64,000 nucleotides of DNA from Eledone cirrhosa (Eukaryota): the NCBI GenBank assembly GCA_964016885.1, contig OZ024745.1:121706001-121770000 (forward strand). The letters run 5' to 3'. Within the stretch, counting starts at the first letter, position 1. Each line of letters starts with the position of its first letter. The notes beneath the pieces are model-generated. The model made no database searches, was not told the origin of the DNA, and was given only the letters and a program-made list of their open reading frames with translations. Below, in pieces: positions 27,901 to 41,588 of this stretch. The translations under genes were made by a program, and so were the position numbers.

Positions 27901-30900
27901 TTTCACCTATTTATCACGGGTCATCAGACAATAACTATTCTTGTTTGATGATCCTGTAATAAACAGGCGAAACTCCAGAGTAACAAGACTCACTTTTTAG
28001 CCTTAATAAAAATTAATATTAAAACTCTACTTTGGTATTGAGTACTCCTTTCTCTCAGCTGTCAACCATATATGGGTATATATATGTGTATATACTGGTC
28101 AGGTCACCAGTTGGTGCTACTGGTAACATGTATCCCAGTACAACCTGTCTCATGGTCGGGTCGTTGGCGACTAAACTGACAAGGCCACCAAGGTTTCTTG
28201 GTGAGGAGGGTGACTTTGGACATCCTGCAGGACTAAAAAAAAACCCGTCAAAGGGTAAAGGAGCTCTTAAGAGTCAATGGCCATCCAAAATCACCGGGAG
28301 AGATGACCCCTTAGCCTTTGTCAAGGCAGAATTTTAGGAGAAGGAAAACTCTGATATAACACCTGCAACCCTGATGGTATCCAATGATGTTGACTTGTGC
28401 TTCTTTTTGGTAAATATCATCTTGGTTAAGAGAGTGGGACTGGCTTTGTGCAGTGCCTTTGCTCACTATAAAAGCTTCACGGCACAGGCATTGCTTTATA
28501 TCTGGAGATCTCTCTGCACTTGTCGTCACATGGTACCATGGGCCCAGCACTATGTGTCAATAATTGTCACAAGTGTAGTGTTTGTACCAGAGTTTTCAAG
28601 TCGCTGGCTGGACTAAGGTCACACTCGTTCAGCGCATCGGTAGGGGTTCTCCTACATGGATATAAAGTAGTGGCCGTACTCGAAAACGAGTTGGCAGCCA
28701 CCATATATATATATATATATATATATATATCAATATAATAAAGGGAGGAGTGCAGGACTGTCCTGAATATATTTTTTTATCTAGTAAGGATGTGTGTACA
28801 CACACACACACACACACATACACATCTGATGGCTGCATCTCGATTTTCAACAATTGTCATCTCTTGATCCCCTTCTCACATATGTGTGGCTCAAAAAAAG
28901 AGACTTTTTTGGCTATAGCCAGCCATGGTCATGCAACACCCGTGAAAGATGTTTAGATCAAGTGATTTCTGTGTTTGAAGCTTTTGTAGGTAAAGAAAGG
29001 CCTTGCACTCTCTGAACAACGATGACATGTATCCAATAAGAACAGGTCAACATCATAGGCTGCCATCGAGTCAGGTTTTACATCTGAGTTTTCCTTCTTT
29101 GAGAATGATGCCCTAATTAGAGCTAAGGGTCTCTCAATCCCGGGGTGCTAGCTGTACGTTCAGGCACCAAACTGAGTATTTTTATGTCCCCACACAATAT
29201 ATATATATATATATCAAGTAAGAATATTTTCGAAACAGCGAGTGGGTTTGAAATTATTAGAAATGTAAGCTATCGCCGTATTTTGACTAAAGAAATTAAA
29301 GAAATTATTTAGCCTGATAGTGGGGTTAACCCCACTATCTAATATATATATATATATATATGTAAATTTTGAGTATATGTTGGTTATTAGCGACACTTCA
29401 GTATGCAGATTGGAGCACTCGACGAAGTACGCAGGTTGGTTTGATTACTCCGGAGTAATATCTTATTCTATTATCTGTTTGGCACCCCCCACCACGTGAA
29501 AAGGTGGTAGGATTGATGCCAACCCACACACACTCATTCTTCTAAAGACAGCAGCAGTAGAACTAAGGCTGACCTGCCAGCTAACCCCCTAACACCAATA
29601 AACACAAGGTCAGCTGTACTTAACAAAAACAACCACAACAGATTGTCTTGCCTCAGAAAAAATGTCTATAGACTTTTGACTGAGGAATGTTCTCACAACT
29701 GACCAATGGGAGGAGAGAGTGTCCTATGATGCCGAAATTCGTTTGTTCGAATTCATATGATTCCAGTTCCTCAGAGAAATAACAACACAACCAGGAGCTG
29801 GACATATCGGAGTATTGACGGAGTAAAACACTTTAACAACATGTGTACCTGTCTCTACCACACCAATTTGGACTGCCTGAAGAGGTCACAGCCAATGATG
29901 GCTGTCACCGAAATATATATAGCAGTACATCTTTAATAAACGAAGCCAAATCTTAAATATTTGACTTAATTACTTTATTATATATATATATATATATACA
30001 TTTGAGCTCAGAAGAAAATTCTCTATTCTTCTTTGAGCTAATACTATTATTATTATTACAGTGAACTGCGGAATACTCTTAATTCTGATCTTTGTATATA
30101 TATACATATATATACACGTCTAACCTATGCTAGCATGGAAGAACGGACATAAAACGGTGATGATGATGACACATATATATATGAAGGCGCATGGCTTAGT
30201 GGTTAGAGCATTGGGCTTGCAATCGAAAGGTTGTGAGTTCAATTCTCGGACCAGGTGATGTGTTGTTTCACTTTATTTCACATTGCTCCATTTTACTCAG
30301 CTGTAGAAATGAGATGATAGGGACTGGGGTCCCTATCATTCCACTGCAAAGTGGTCGTCGAGGTGCCACGGCAAAAAAAAAAAAACACCCAGCCAACACT
30401 GTAAAGTGGATGTGTAGGCGCCACGGAAAAAAAAGCACCCAGCACTCACTGTAAATGAGGTTGGTGTTAGGAAGGGCATCCAGCTGTAGAAATCAAGCCA
30501 GAATCAGTTCCCGTATGATCAAGACAAGGTCAGCCGACCGGACACTGCCTACAACAGGACAACCCGTTTAACCCATGCTAGCGTGGAAGAACGGATGTAA
30601 AACGGTGATGATGATATACGCACACATATTTATATACTCACCCGATCACACGGTTTAGCTAGCAAATAATTCCAGTTGGAGATTTTATTCTTATGGTTTG
30701 GTTTATATAAGATGAAATGAAATAAAAAAAACAAAAAACAGAGTTAAGTTTGATTTGAAGTCATAGCAGTGCTAAAGATGATAGAGAAGGCTGGCATGAT
30801 GGATGAATGTAGAGGTATTTTTGAACAGAGCAGATTCACAGTGGTCTGAAGTGTGTGACACTTGTTAGAAATCAGGGATTCCCAAACTTATTTTGTCACA

Positions 30901-33075
30901 AAACCCTATACCTATAATTTATGAACAGTCTCCACCAACATAATTTTAATAAGACATTACATGAAACAAAAATTATTTAAGTGACAGATTTGTAATGCAT
31001 CCATAACTCCTGATGGAGTCACAAGGACACTATTATGACACATGGGGTGTCTTCAGCAACTTAAATTTGGTGGAGCCCACAATCATCATAATCATATCTT
31101 CTTATTGTGTCCACCGGAGTGTCAGTTACAGAACCTGGCTAGATGTAGTTCCACCACAGCTGAACACATTGCTGTCCTTTCTCATTAAACTCTGCCAAGT
31201 CCAATGCTGTGCAGGGGTGTTTCAGCAGGGGACATATCAGGAGGTGCTGCATAGTCCGTGGTTCAATGCCAAAGATTGACTTTTGCACGTCCAACACCAG
31301 ATCTTAGTCAGTTTAGGCATTTCCACACTGCATAGTTTGTGTCTGCTCTTAGGAGCAGTGCCTCGCTCGCTTTTAGTTCCATTGTTGTTAAAGATAGGAG
31401 GTTATTAAGTTTTTCTTCCCAGCGAGTGACTTTTTCACTACTTATGCTTGATGTTCCAAGGGGCACAGTGTTCTTTAGGAAACTTTTCCTGAATTTAAGG
31501 TGGCTTTTGGTTGGCACATGGCCGAAGAGAGGATGTTTTTGATCTGTAGTCTGCTGTTGATGCTCTTTCTTGCTTGCTGCACTTTGTCATATCTCTGGTG
31601 GGGCTATGCCTGCCAGGATATGCAGATGGTCCATAGGTGTAGATTTCAGGAAGCCTGTGATGAGGTGGGAGCTAGCATTGAGGGTGGGATCTAGCTTCTG
31701 GACATGGACAGCTTGCTCTCATACTAGGCATGCATACTCGGCAGCTGAATAGCAGAGTGATAGTGTATAATCACATATTATCAGTCAAGCTCTTCAATGC
31801 CTTTATCAGTGTCCACTCTATTGCAAGCAGTTGGACCAAAATCCTTCAATTTGAGGATACCACCCTGACACTAATCTGATGGGGCCTGAAATGCACAATG
31901 AACGATGTCGTCCCCCACTCCACCCTGTCCTGTCCTTCTTCCCCTAATTAAACATAAAAATATAAAAACATCACATGAGTGTGAATATGAGTGAGACTAA
32001 TTGAGAATGAAACAAGTTTTGAGAGTCCTAATCGTACCTTTTGGTGGTACTTGATTAGGTCACATAATGTTTGGTGAGGTTTTGGTTCTCCTAAAATCAC
32101 ATATTTTCCATTGGGCAGGTAATCTATCATATAATGTCGAAAATCAGTTTTATCTCTGTGAAATATATAAAGGTTGTCCTTAAATTTCAGTTATGAAACT
32201 CCAAACACTACAATGACACTTTTTATGTGTCTAAATAAATTTTAAACTTTTGATGTTATTTTTTTACAACTAAATTAACAATTGTAAAGTTATCTTTAAA
32301 TTAGGCTTAACCATTTAGCATTTAAACTGGCCATATCTGACCAGAATTCTCTTACATCTTTCTGTTCTATACAGCTGTCACTCATACTGATGTTAAGGTA
32401 TTGTTCTCAAAATGAATAATATCAAAATCTCACAGATTTGATATTATGTGAGGTAATTATACGAGGTAAAACCTTTACTGTAAAAATATAGTAAATATAG
32501 AGTAATGTAAATCCTAAAGGGTTAAAAGCCTAAACAAACAAAAAAAAAGCTTATAACATTCACAGTGAGACTCTTATATTTTACATAAACATATACCCTC
32601 CATCAGGCATCTACCATACTCTGAACGCCTTGCTTCCCTGGGCATGGATACATTGAAGCTCAGACGTCTGGCAACTGACTTTGTAAACACCCACAAAATT
32701 ATTAACCATCTTGCCAATAACAACCCTGAGTACCTTTTTGATTTCCATGTGTCTAACACATGTGGGCATGCCTCCAAAATCAGAAAACTGCACAACTCCC
32801 ATGACTTTCGGAAACATTTTTTCACGCTCAGAGTTGCTGAAGCATGGAACAAACTACCTACATCAGTTGTTAGCTGTCAAGACACTGCATCCTTTAAAAC
32901 CTCCATGCTTCCTGAGATTCGCCAACACTACACCTAATATTCCCTCTCCATACACACGCACACATGTATATCATGACTCACACTATTCTCTTCTCTGACA
33001 TTTGAGTATTATTCTATGTACTGTACATGCACCTTTGATGAGTTGTAGTGCACCTGAGCACTGTACACAATGATT

Positions 33076-33111
<36 letters not shown>

Positions 33112-36100
33112 GCCTTCATAAATACCCTTATAAAAACTAATTAAAATGTATGCATTGGTACTAACATAATGTAGTCATTATATGGGTATAGAAGAGATAC
33201 TACACTTTGATCTTAGCCAAAAAGTAGTATCTGTTCCCTACCCCTAGAATGACCACATTATGTTAGTACCACTGTTAATTACAAACTGTTCATTCATTTT
33301 AAGCAGTTTTGTATGGGTATTTATGAAGGCATATATATGTTTATGTACAATAAACATATAAGAGTCTCACTATGAATGTTATAAGCTGTGATCATGTCAC
33401 AGCTATCTTAGTAGTTGGTGAGAATGTCAGACACATGTTTCTGGACTGGAGCAACATGAAATAAAGTATCTTGCTCAAGGACACATCTTGCAGCCATTAA
33501 TCGAACTTATGACCTTATGATTGTGAACCAGACACTCAAACTGTGAAGCTATGCACCTTCAGACATACTTAAGAGTTAGTTGGTATTGAATCTCAGATTT
33601 TCTGCATTTCTCACTAGCCTCGGACCAATCTCTACACTACATTACTTCATCTTGAGGCTATTGTCCAAATTGGTGTAGTGCAGGTTTAGCTATTTTTTAA
33701 GCAGAAGAACAATAATCGTTTCTACATTTGGCACAAGGCCAGCAATTACCCAGTGTATTACTGGTACTTTATTTTATTGACCCCGTAAGGATGAAAGGTA
33801 AAGTTAACCTTGGCGGGATTTGAGCTCAGAATGCAAAGGGCCATAACTCTATGCTGCAAAGGATGGTGTCTGATGCTCTACTTATTCTGCCAATCCACTA
33901 TCTGAAGCAGAACTATAATACAACATTTTCTAATACTAATAAGAAAAACTAAGACATTAGTGAATACAAACAAATTAATTAACACACACACATACACTTT
34001 CTCTCTCTCACACACACAGACATACACTTTCTCTCTCTCACACACACAGACACACACTTTCTCTCTCTCACACACACAGACATACACTTTCTCTCTCTCA
34101 CACACACAGACATACACTTTCTCTCTCTCACACACACACAGACATACACTTTCTCTCTCTCACACACACAGACATACACTTTCTCTCTCTCACACACACA
34201 GACACACACTTTCTCTCTCTCACACACACAGACATACACTTTCTCTCTCTCACACACACAGACACACACTTTCTCTCTCTCACACACACAGACATACACT
34301 TTCTCTCTCTCACACACACAGACATACACTTTCTCTCTCACACACATACAGACATACACTTTCTCTCTCTCTCTCTCTCTCACACAGACATACACTTTCT
34401 CTCTAACTCTCTCTCTCTCCCTCTCTCTCACACACAGACAAGCACTTTCTCTCTAACTCTAATTAAAAATCATTATTAAATCTATCGGTGAGGGCGGTGG
34501 ATTGGCAGTATTGGTAGAGGGTTGGTTGTCATGCTTTGACACATAGAGTTACAGCCCTTGCCATTCTGAGTTCAAATCCCGCCGAGGTTAACTTTGCCTT
34601 TCATCCTTACGGGGTCGATAAAATAAAGTACCAGTAATACATTGGGTAATTGCTGGCCTTGTGCCGAAAGTAGAAACAATTATTAAGTCTATCCATGTGC
34701 GGTGGTTTGGCAGTATTGGTTGGGGATTGGATGCCATGCTTTGCAGCATAGAATTACTGCCCTTTACGGTCTGAGTTCAAATCCCGTCGAGGTTAATTTT
34801 GCCTTTCAATCCTTACGGGGTTTATAAAATAAAGTACCAGTAATGCACTGGGATAATTGCTGGCCTTGTGCCAAAAGTAGAAACGATTATTAAATCTCCA
34901 AATTTTTGATTATTTTAAAAATTAACTGAAAACAGCAGTGTCTTTCTTTTGAAATAATGATTAATGATTTAATAAAATATATTGAGAGATATCCAGAACC
35001 ATCCTTGCCTGATTGATAGGGAGTAACCAAAACGACTTTCACTGACTCTGATAAGGAAAGCCCCAAGACAGCAGTTCTGTAGTAGTTCTTCTGATTTTCT
35101 GAAAAATAATTAAAAGAAGAGAAATAGAGATTTTTTTATTTCTTTGTCGAACTGCTTCGATGAAATAAGATGAAACTTGTGATTGTAATGATAAATATGA
35201 TAATGAAATTATTGTGTACAGTGCTTAAGTGCACTACAACTCATCAAAGGTGCATGTATAGTACATAGAATAATGTACAAATGTCAGGAAAATGAACAGT
35301 GTATGAGTCATGATATACATGTGTGCATGTGTATGGAGGGGGGATATCAGGTGTAGTGTTGGCGAATCTCAGGAAGCATGGAGGCTTTAAAGGATGCAGT
35401 GTCTCGGCAGCTAACAACTGATGTAGGTAGTTTGTTCCATGCTTCAGCAACTCTGAGCATGAAAAAATGTTTTCGAAAGTCATGGGAGCTGTGCTGTTTT
35501 CTGACTCTGTTGGCGTGCCCACGTGTGTTAGACACATGGAGATCAAAAAAGTGTTCAGGGTTGTTGTTGGCAAGATGGTTAATAGATCAGAAGTTCTCAA
35601 AGTGGGAGTTACTCCTACCCCCCAGAGGGGACGTTGAGTAAGTCCAGGGGACGCTGGAGTGGCAGTAGAGATGATGATGATGATCATCATCATCATCATT
35701 TAATATCTATCGTCCACACTAGCATTGGTTTAGACGGGAATTGTCCCACTTGAGGTAAGATTGGTCATCTCGCTCGTGTGAGACTGTCTGGCAGGTTTTC
35801 TACGACTGGATGCCCTTCCTAACACTTACCACGTTTACAGTGTGGCCTGGGAGTTTTTTACCGTGTTACCTACATAGCCACACTACAGCGTGGACTGTGT
35901 GTTTTTTTTGTCGTGACACCTACACGACCTCATTTATTTAGGACTGGATGTTGTGGTACCAACATAACTTTACAGAGAAAGGGGTGGGGTAGTGGAAGGA
36001 GGGGGGTATATTTGATTAAGGGGTACCTACTGACTGTAGATTTCGCTTTGTACTTAGGCAAGGCGGGTCTTCTGTATTAATGTGTAGCGCCAAAGATCTC

Positions 36101-39100
36101 GGTCCAGTGACATTGTCTTAGAAAGGTGTAAGTGTGTAAGGTCGGAATTTATCAAATCGTCCCAGGTTTTTCTGGGTCTACCTACTCCGTAACTTCCATC
36201 AATTTTGATCGCCCTGCACTTTTTTATACAGCTGTCGTCTTTCATGCACATCACGTGACCGTACCAATGTAGTCTTCTCTCGAGTAAACAACATCTGATC
36301 CCTCTTATTCCTAATTTCTACCTTAGTTAATTTATGCTTTGCTGTTCACATATATTACTATTACACACCCAGCGCAGCATGCATGCTTCATTCCTCTCCA
36401 GTCTGCACAGATCCTCTGCACACAAGGCCCATGTCTCACTGCCATGTAACATAGCTGTTCGTATGCAGGCATCATACAGTCTGCCTTTCATTTTTAGGGA
36501 GAAATCTTTAGTGGCCAATAGTGGTATAAGCTCTCTGAATTTTTTCCACCCCGTTCTGACTCTGGCTACTGTACTTTCAGAGCACCCTCCATCACTGCTG
36601 ATTTTGTCACCCAGGTAACGGAAGGTGTCAACTATTTCTATAGAGCCATCTGGGCAATAGAAGGAGCTAGTTTCCTGTGGGCACTTGCTACTTATTGCAC
36701 CTGAGCCCCGGCCACATATAACATCTACGTTCTTAGATAGCTTACCTGTGATCCCACTACATCTTTTATGCACCCATACTTTGCATTTGGGACATAAAAT
36801 GGAATTTGTGCCTCCTCCTTTCCTACACATTGAGCATGGCCATTTCGCTGAGGGCTCCTGTGACCTATTTTCCTTCCTACATACTAGAACTTTAGTCTTA
36901 GACAAGTTAACTTTAAGGCCTTTTGATTCTAGGCCATGCTTCCATGTTTGGAATTTCTTCTTTAGTTCTGCCATCGATTCAGCTATGAGTGTTAGATCAT
37001 CTGCATAGAGAAGTTCCCATGGGCAGCCGGTTTTGAACTCCTCTGTTATAGCCTGAAGGGCAATAATAAATAGGAGGGGGCTAAGGAAAGAGTCCTGATG
37101 AACACCAACTTTTACGCTAAATTCTTCACTATATTAGTTGTTAATTCTAACCTTGCTGACTGTTTCTTTATACATGGCTTGTATAGCTCTCACAAACCAT
37201 TCATCAACCCCTAGTTTTCTAAGGGCCCACCAGATAATGGCACGGGGAACTCTGTCAAATGCTTTCTCCAAGTCAACAAAAGCTAAGTATAGGGGTTTAC
37301 TTTTAGCTAGGTACTTCTCCTGTAGTTGTCGTACAAGGAAAAGGGCGTCTGTGGTACTTTTACCTGACACAAACCCAAACTGCATTTCGTCTAGATCAAT
37401 TTGTTCTCTGATTAGTTGCTGACAGGTATAGTTGTATGGTTAAGAAATTTGCTGTACAACCACGTGGTTCAGATTTGATCCCTCCAAGTAGTACCTTGGG
37501 CAAATGTCTTGCTACTCTAGATTCAGCCTGACCAATGCTTCGTGGGTGAAGTTAGTAGACAGAAGTTGTATAAAAGTTCATTGTATGTATGTGTGTGTGT
37601 TTTTTTTTTGTTTAGTTTTGGTTTCAAATCATAATGATTTCAACATTTTAATCTTTTAAGCAGACAGTGGTTAATAAGGTTTATGAATAAACAATGAAAA
37701 AAACACTGTCCTACAGTCGTAGTAATTCATCAAATTGTTAGGTTTATTGATTGTATTTTTATTTCCAGGATAGCTTCTTCTGATTATGTTGTGAACACTT
37801 TTTTAAAAACGACAGCCACAAAACATTTTAAAGCTTCATTTCTCATTCTAAGTTTATATTTAAAAGGGATATTTTATCCCATTGTAATATGTAAACCAAA
37901 ACTAATAGAATAGATTAGTGTTTTGTTGAAAGTTACCACAATGTGAATTGGATGGTAAATGTTACAGGCCCTTATATTTCAGGATAAAATCCCTTTGGCA
38001 AAAGATTGATAGAAGAAATTAGTTCAAAGCTGTATATTTCTTATCACTCTTAAGCTGCCATTTTCTGAAATTTATTGATAATTTTATCCTGAAATATAAG
38101 GACCTATAAAGAACTGTAAGGTAACATCCCAACATTATTGTTATCATATTTTTAACATTTACTGTCCATTTCACATTGTGGTAACCTTCAAACAAAACAT
38201 TATTCTATACACTTTACAAGGCTCTCTTAATAGAATAAAATAAACTCCAAACATATTTTAAAATGTAACATTTTTCAAGAAGAAATTTCATGATAAAATT
38301 ACAGATTTACCTGCGACTTATAATGCCATGAAACCAGAGTGCAAAATCTCCTGTATTACTTTTCACTTCATCCACCTGAGTTTTGACAAACCAATCAACT
38401 GATTGCAAAGTGCGGTTTTTATGTTCACTTGATTCAAGCTCAGCTATTTCTTTAGCCTCATTTTCTGGCTGAAGATAAATAATTTAACTCTAAACATCCT
38501 GTAATAATTTTGCAGAAAATATCTAAAAACAGGTTTGTTAATTCAGATAGTTATAGTATCTTTGTTAGTGATCACACAGATTATTGGGAAAATTGCAGGA
38601 AAGACTAAGTTGAATTTTCCATATTTTGAAATTTCATAGAAGTAAGAAAGTTTAACCCTTTAGCATTTAAACCAGCCGCATTCGGCCAAAATTCTCTCAA
38701 CTATTTCCCTTCAAACTGACTGTAATTGGCCACTCATACTGATGTTAAGGTATTGTTCTTAAAATAAATATCAAAATCTCATAGAATCGATATTATGTAA
38801 GATAATTATGTGAGATAAAGCCTTTACTTTGAAAATAAGAGTAATGTAAATGTTATGTGTGATATTATGTGAGGTAAGCCTTTACCATGAAAATATAATA
38901 GTAAATATAGAGTAATGTAAATGGTAAAGGGTTAAAAACTAAAAGTATAAGAGAAGTCGAAAGTTAGGCATAATTCAATGTATTTAAATGGTATCTCTCT
39001 CTCTCTCGTGGAAGAAATTGGCTGTGTTCAGCCAATTAAAATGCCCAAGAAATGTTTTATGTCACTATAGCACCCATATGGCTCCTATGAGTTATTGGTC

Positions 39101-40819
39101 CATACAATTTACAAATTTACGTGAACCATTTTTTGACTGCATGTCACAAAATGGTTCACGTAAATTTGTAAATTTGGAAGTAATGGAGAAAATAGACAAA
39201 ATCTTCAGTTAGTATAGTTAGTGTTAACATAGTTCATAATGTAATAAAAAGTGAACTAGAAGTAACTATGAAATGAAAAAAGACCCCCGCCCCGAAAAAG
39301 AAAAAAATCAAGAAAGCTATTTTGTCAAAGACTGAGTTCATTAACCCTATAGCATTTACATTATTCTGTATATACTATTGTATATATAATATCAGTAATA
39401 TCAGTATGTGTGGCCAGTTACAGTCGGTTTGAACAGAAAGAGGTGAGAGAATTCTGGCCGGATACAGCTGGTTTAAATGCTAAAGGGTTAAATGTATGAA
39501 TGTGCAAGAATGTGTGTAATAAGGAGAGGCTTTATGAAAAAAAAAAGTTAAAGTCTGTCCCAAGCCCTGGGGCTCACCAGGTTGGTGCTTATCTCAGTTT
39601 TCATTGGTGTTAAGTGACTGAGAGTACAAGACTTCCCACTGGACAGGATGCCAGTCCATCACAGGGTTAACTACCAGTAACTGCTGGTGCTCATTTTTAG
39701 TTAAGTGTACTGAAACAACATGAAATGAAGTGTTTTGCTGAAGAGCACAATGTGCAACCTGGTCAAGGAATGAAACCCAGGACATTATGTTTCTAAGTCA
39801 AGCACCCTAACCACTAGGCCATGTACCCCTCTCAGAGACTTTATAAAGGGTAAAGACCCCCTTCTGACCATGGGATTTGCACCTAGAAAGTTCCCCTCCA
39901 ATGCACTAGTCTGAGCAAGGTTGTTTGTGAAAGACCAGCAGTCTCCCATGCATACCAGCCTCCCCTCTCCATGCCACTGATGATGTCCAAGGGAAAGACT
40001 AAGGCCAATACAGCTTGGCACCAGTGACGTCACACCTCATTTCTACAGCTGAGTAAACTGGAGCAACGTGAAATAAAGTGTCTTGCTCAAGGATACAACG
40101 CATCATCCATTCCAAGAATCGAACTGACAACCTTCTGATTGCAAGCCCAATGCTCTAACCACTAAGCCATACACCTTCACAAAGGCTTTATAACCCATAT
40201 AAAAATCCACTCAGAAAAGTTTAAACCTAACGTTCAGCACACTGAATTTTTTTATGAATTGCTTCTCTTAATACAGCATTATGTATTAAGTGGTTGGCAG
40301 TATCGGTAGAGGGTCGGACGCCATGCTTTCCAGCATAGTTAAGTCTCTTTACGATCTGAGTTCAAATCCCGCCGAGGTTGACTTTGCCTTTCATCCTTAC
40401 GGGGTCGATAAAATAAAGTACCAGTAATGCACTGGGTAATTGCTGGCCTTGTTTCCTAAAGTAGAAACAATTATGTATTAAACAGAGATTACTCTCGTGT
40501 TGCAATTAGTTAAAGGTTAAAAAAGAAGGCAAGCTGGTTACAGCTTGAATAGATCTGAGATCTCTTTGATCAGAGCTGAGGGGTAAACAACATTGACAAC
40601 AAAATTAACTTTATAAAGGCAGATTAGATGCTTATGGATAGCATGTGTGTGTGTGGGGGGGGGGGGGGAGAGAATAAATGTATATTTGTTTGAAAGAGAG
40701 ATTAAGATATAAAGATAGAGAGGAGAGGAAATAAAATAGGATTACCTTTACTAATTTCAGGTCTTCAAGTGTGTATTTGTCTGGATTGCTTTCTAAATAT
40801 ATAGAAATAGAAGAAATAT

Positions 40820-40851
<32 letters not shown>

Positions 40852-41544
40852 GAATTTAAGAAAAATAACAAAAAAGGACAAAGCAACAAATGAAAAACAA
40901 TTTTTTAAGGGGAACCTTAAAAAAATGTTTTAAAAATATAAAAATACAAACAAAGGACACAGAACTCGAAGGTCATCGGCCATTGAGGTGGACTTTGACA
41001 GTTTTGACCCCTACCAATGGTACAGCTAGCCCACCTGGGGTCACAACATCTGACACAAGCCAAACACTGTCCAGTGGAGTAAGAGATGAGAGACAAAACA
41101 TAAATTCATAGTAATTAAACTACAGGTACACATAGATTTTTATGTGACATTAGGGGAAAAGTGTGGTGCCTCTTATTGCACAAGAGTCATGAATGAAACA
41201 AAGAAAAAGAAAGGAGGAAAAAAAGCAAGACGAAGAAAGTAAGATATTGTGTGAAAGAATGTGTAAGCCATTGCAATAAATGAGGGAGAAGGGATAACAA
41301 ATTTGTCACATTAGTATTGATAAACTTAAGAAAAATTAGGAAGAGAGGACAAGACAGCGAACAAATAACAATTTTTTAAGGGGAAACCTTTAAAAATTAT
41401 TTTTAAAAATACAAACGAAGGACACAGAACTCCAGAGTCATGAGCTGTTGGACTTGGCAGTTTCGACCCTTACCAATGGTACTCTGGCCCATCCATGGTC
41501 ACAGCGTCTAACACAGGCCAAACGGTGTCCAGTGGAGTAAGCGA

Positions 41545-41588
<44 letters not shown>

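Noticed and set aside
33878-34431. ORFs rich in VCVCERE / HTHRHTLSLS
   Set aside because: Translations of CA/CT microsatellite.
35040-35080. Apparent degenerate hammerhead (CTGATAAGGAAAGCCCC)
   Set aside because: It is the antisense of the SH2 exon GAFLIRVSE.
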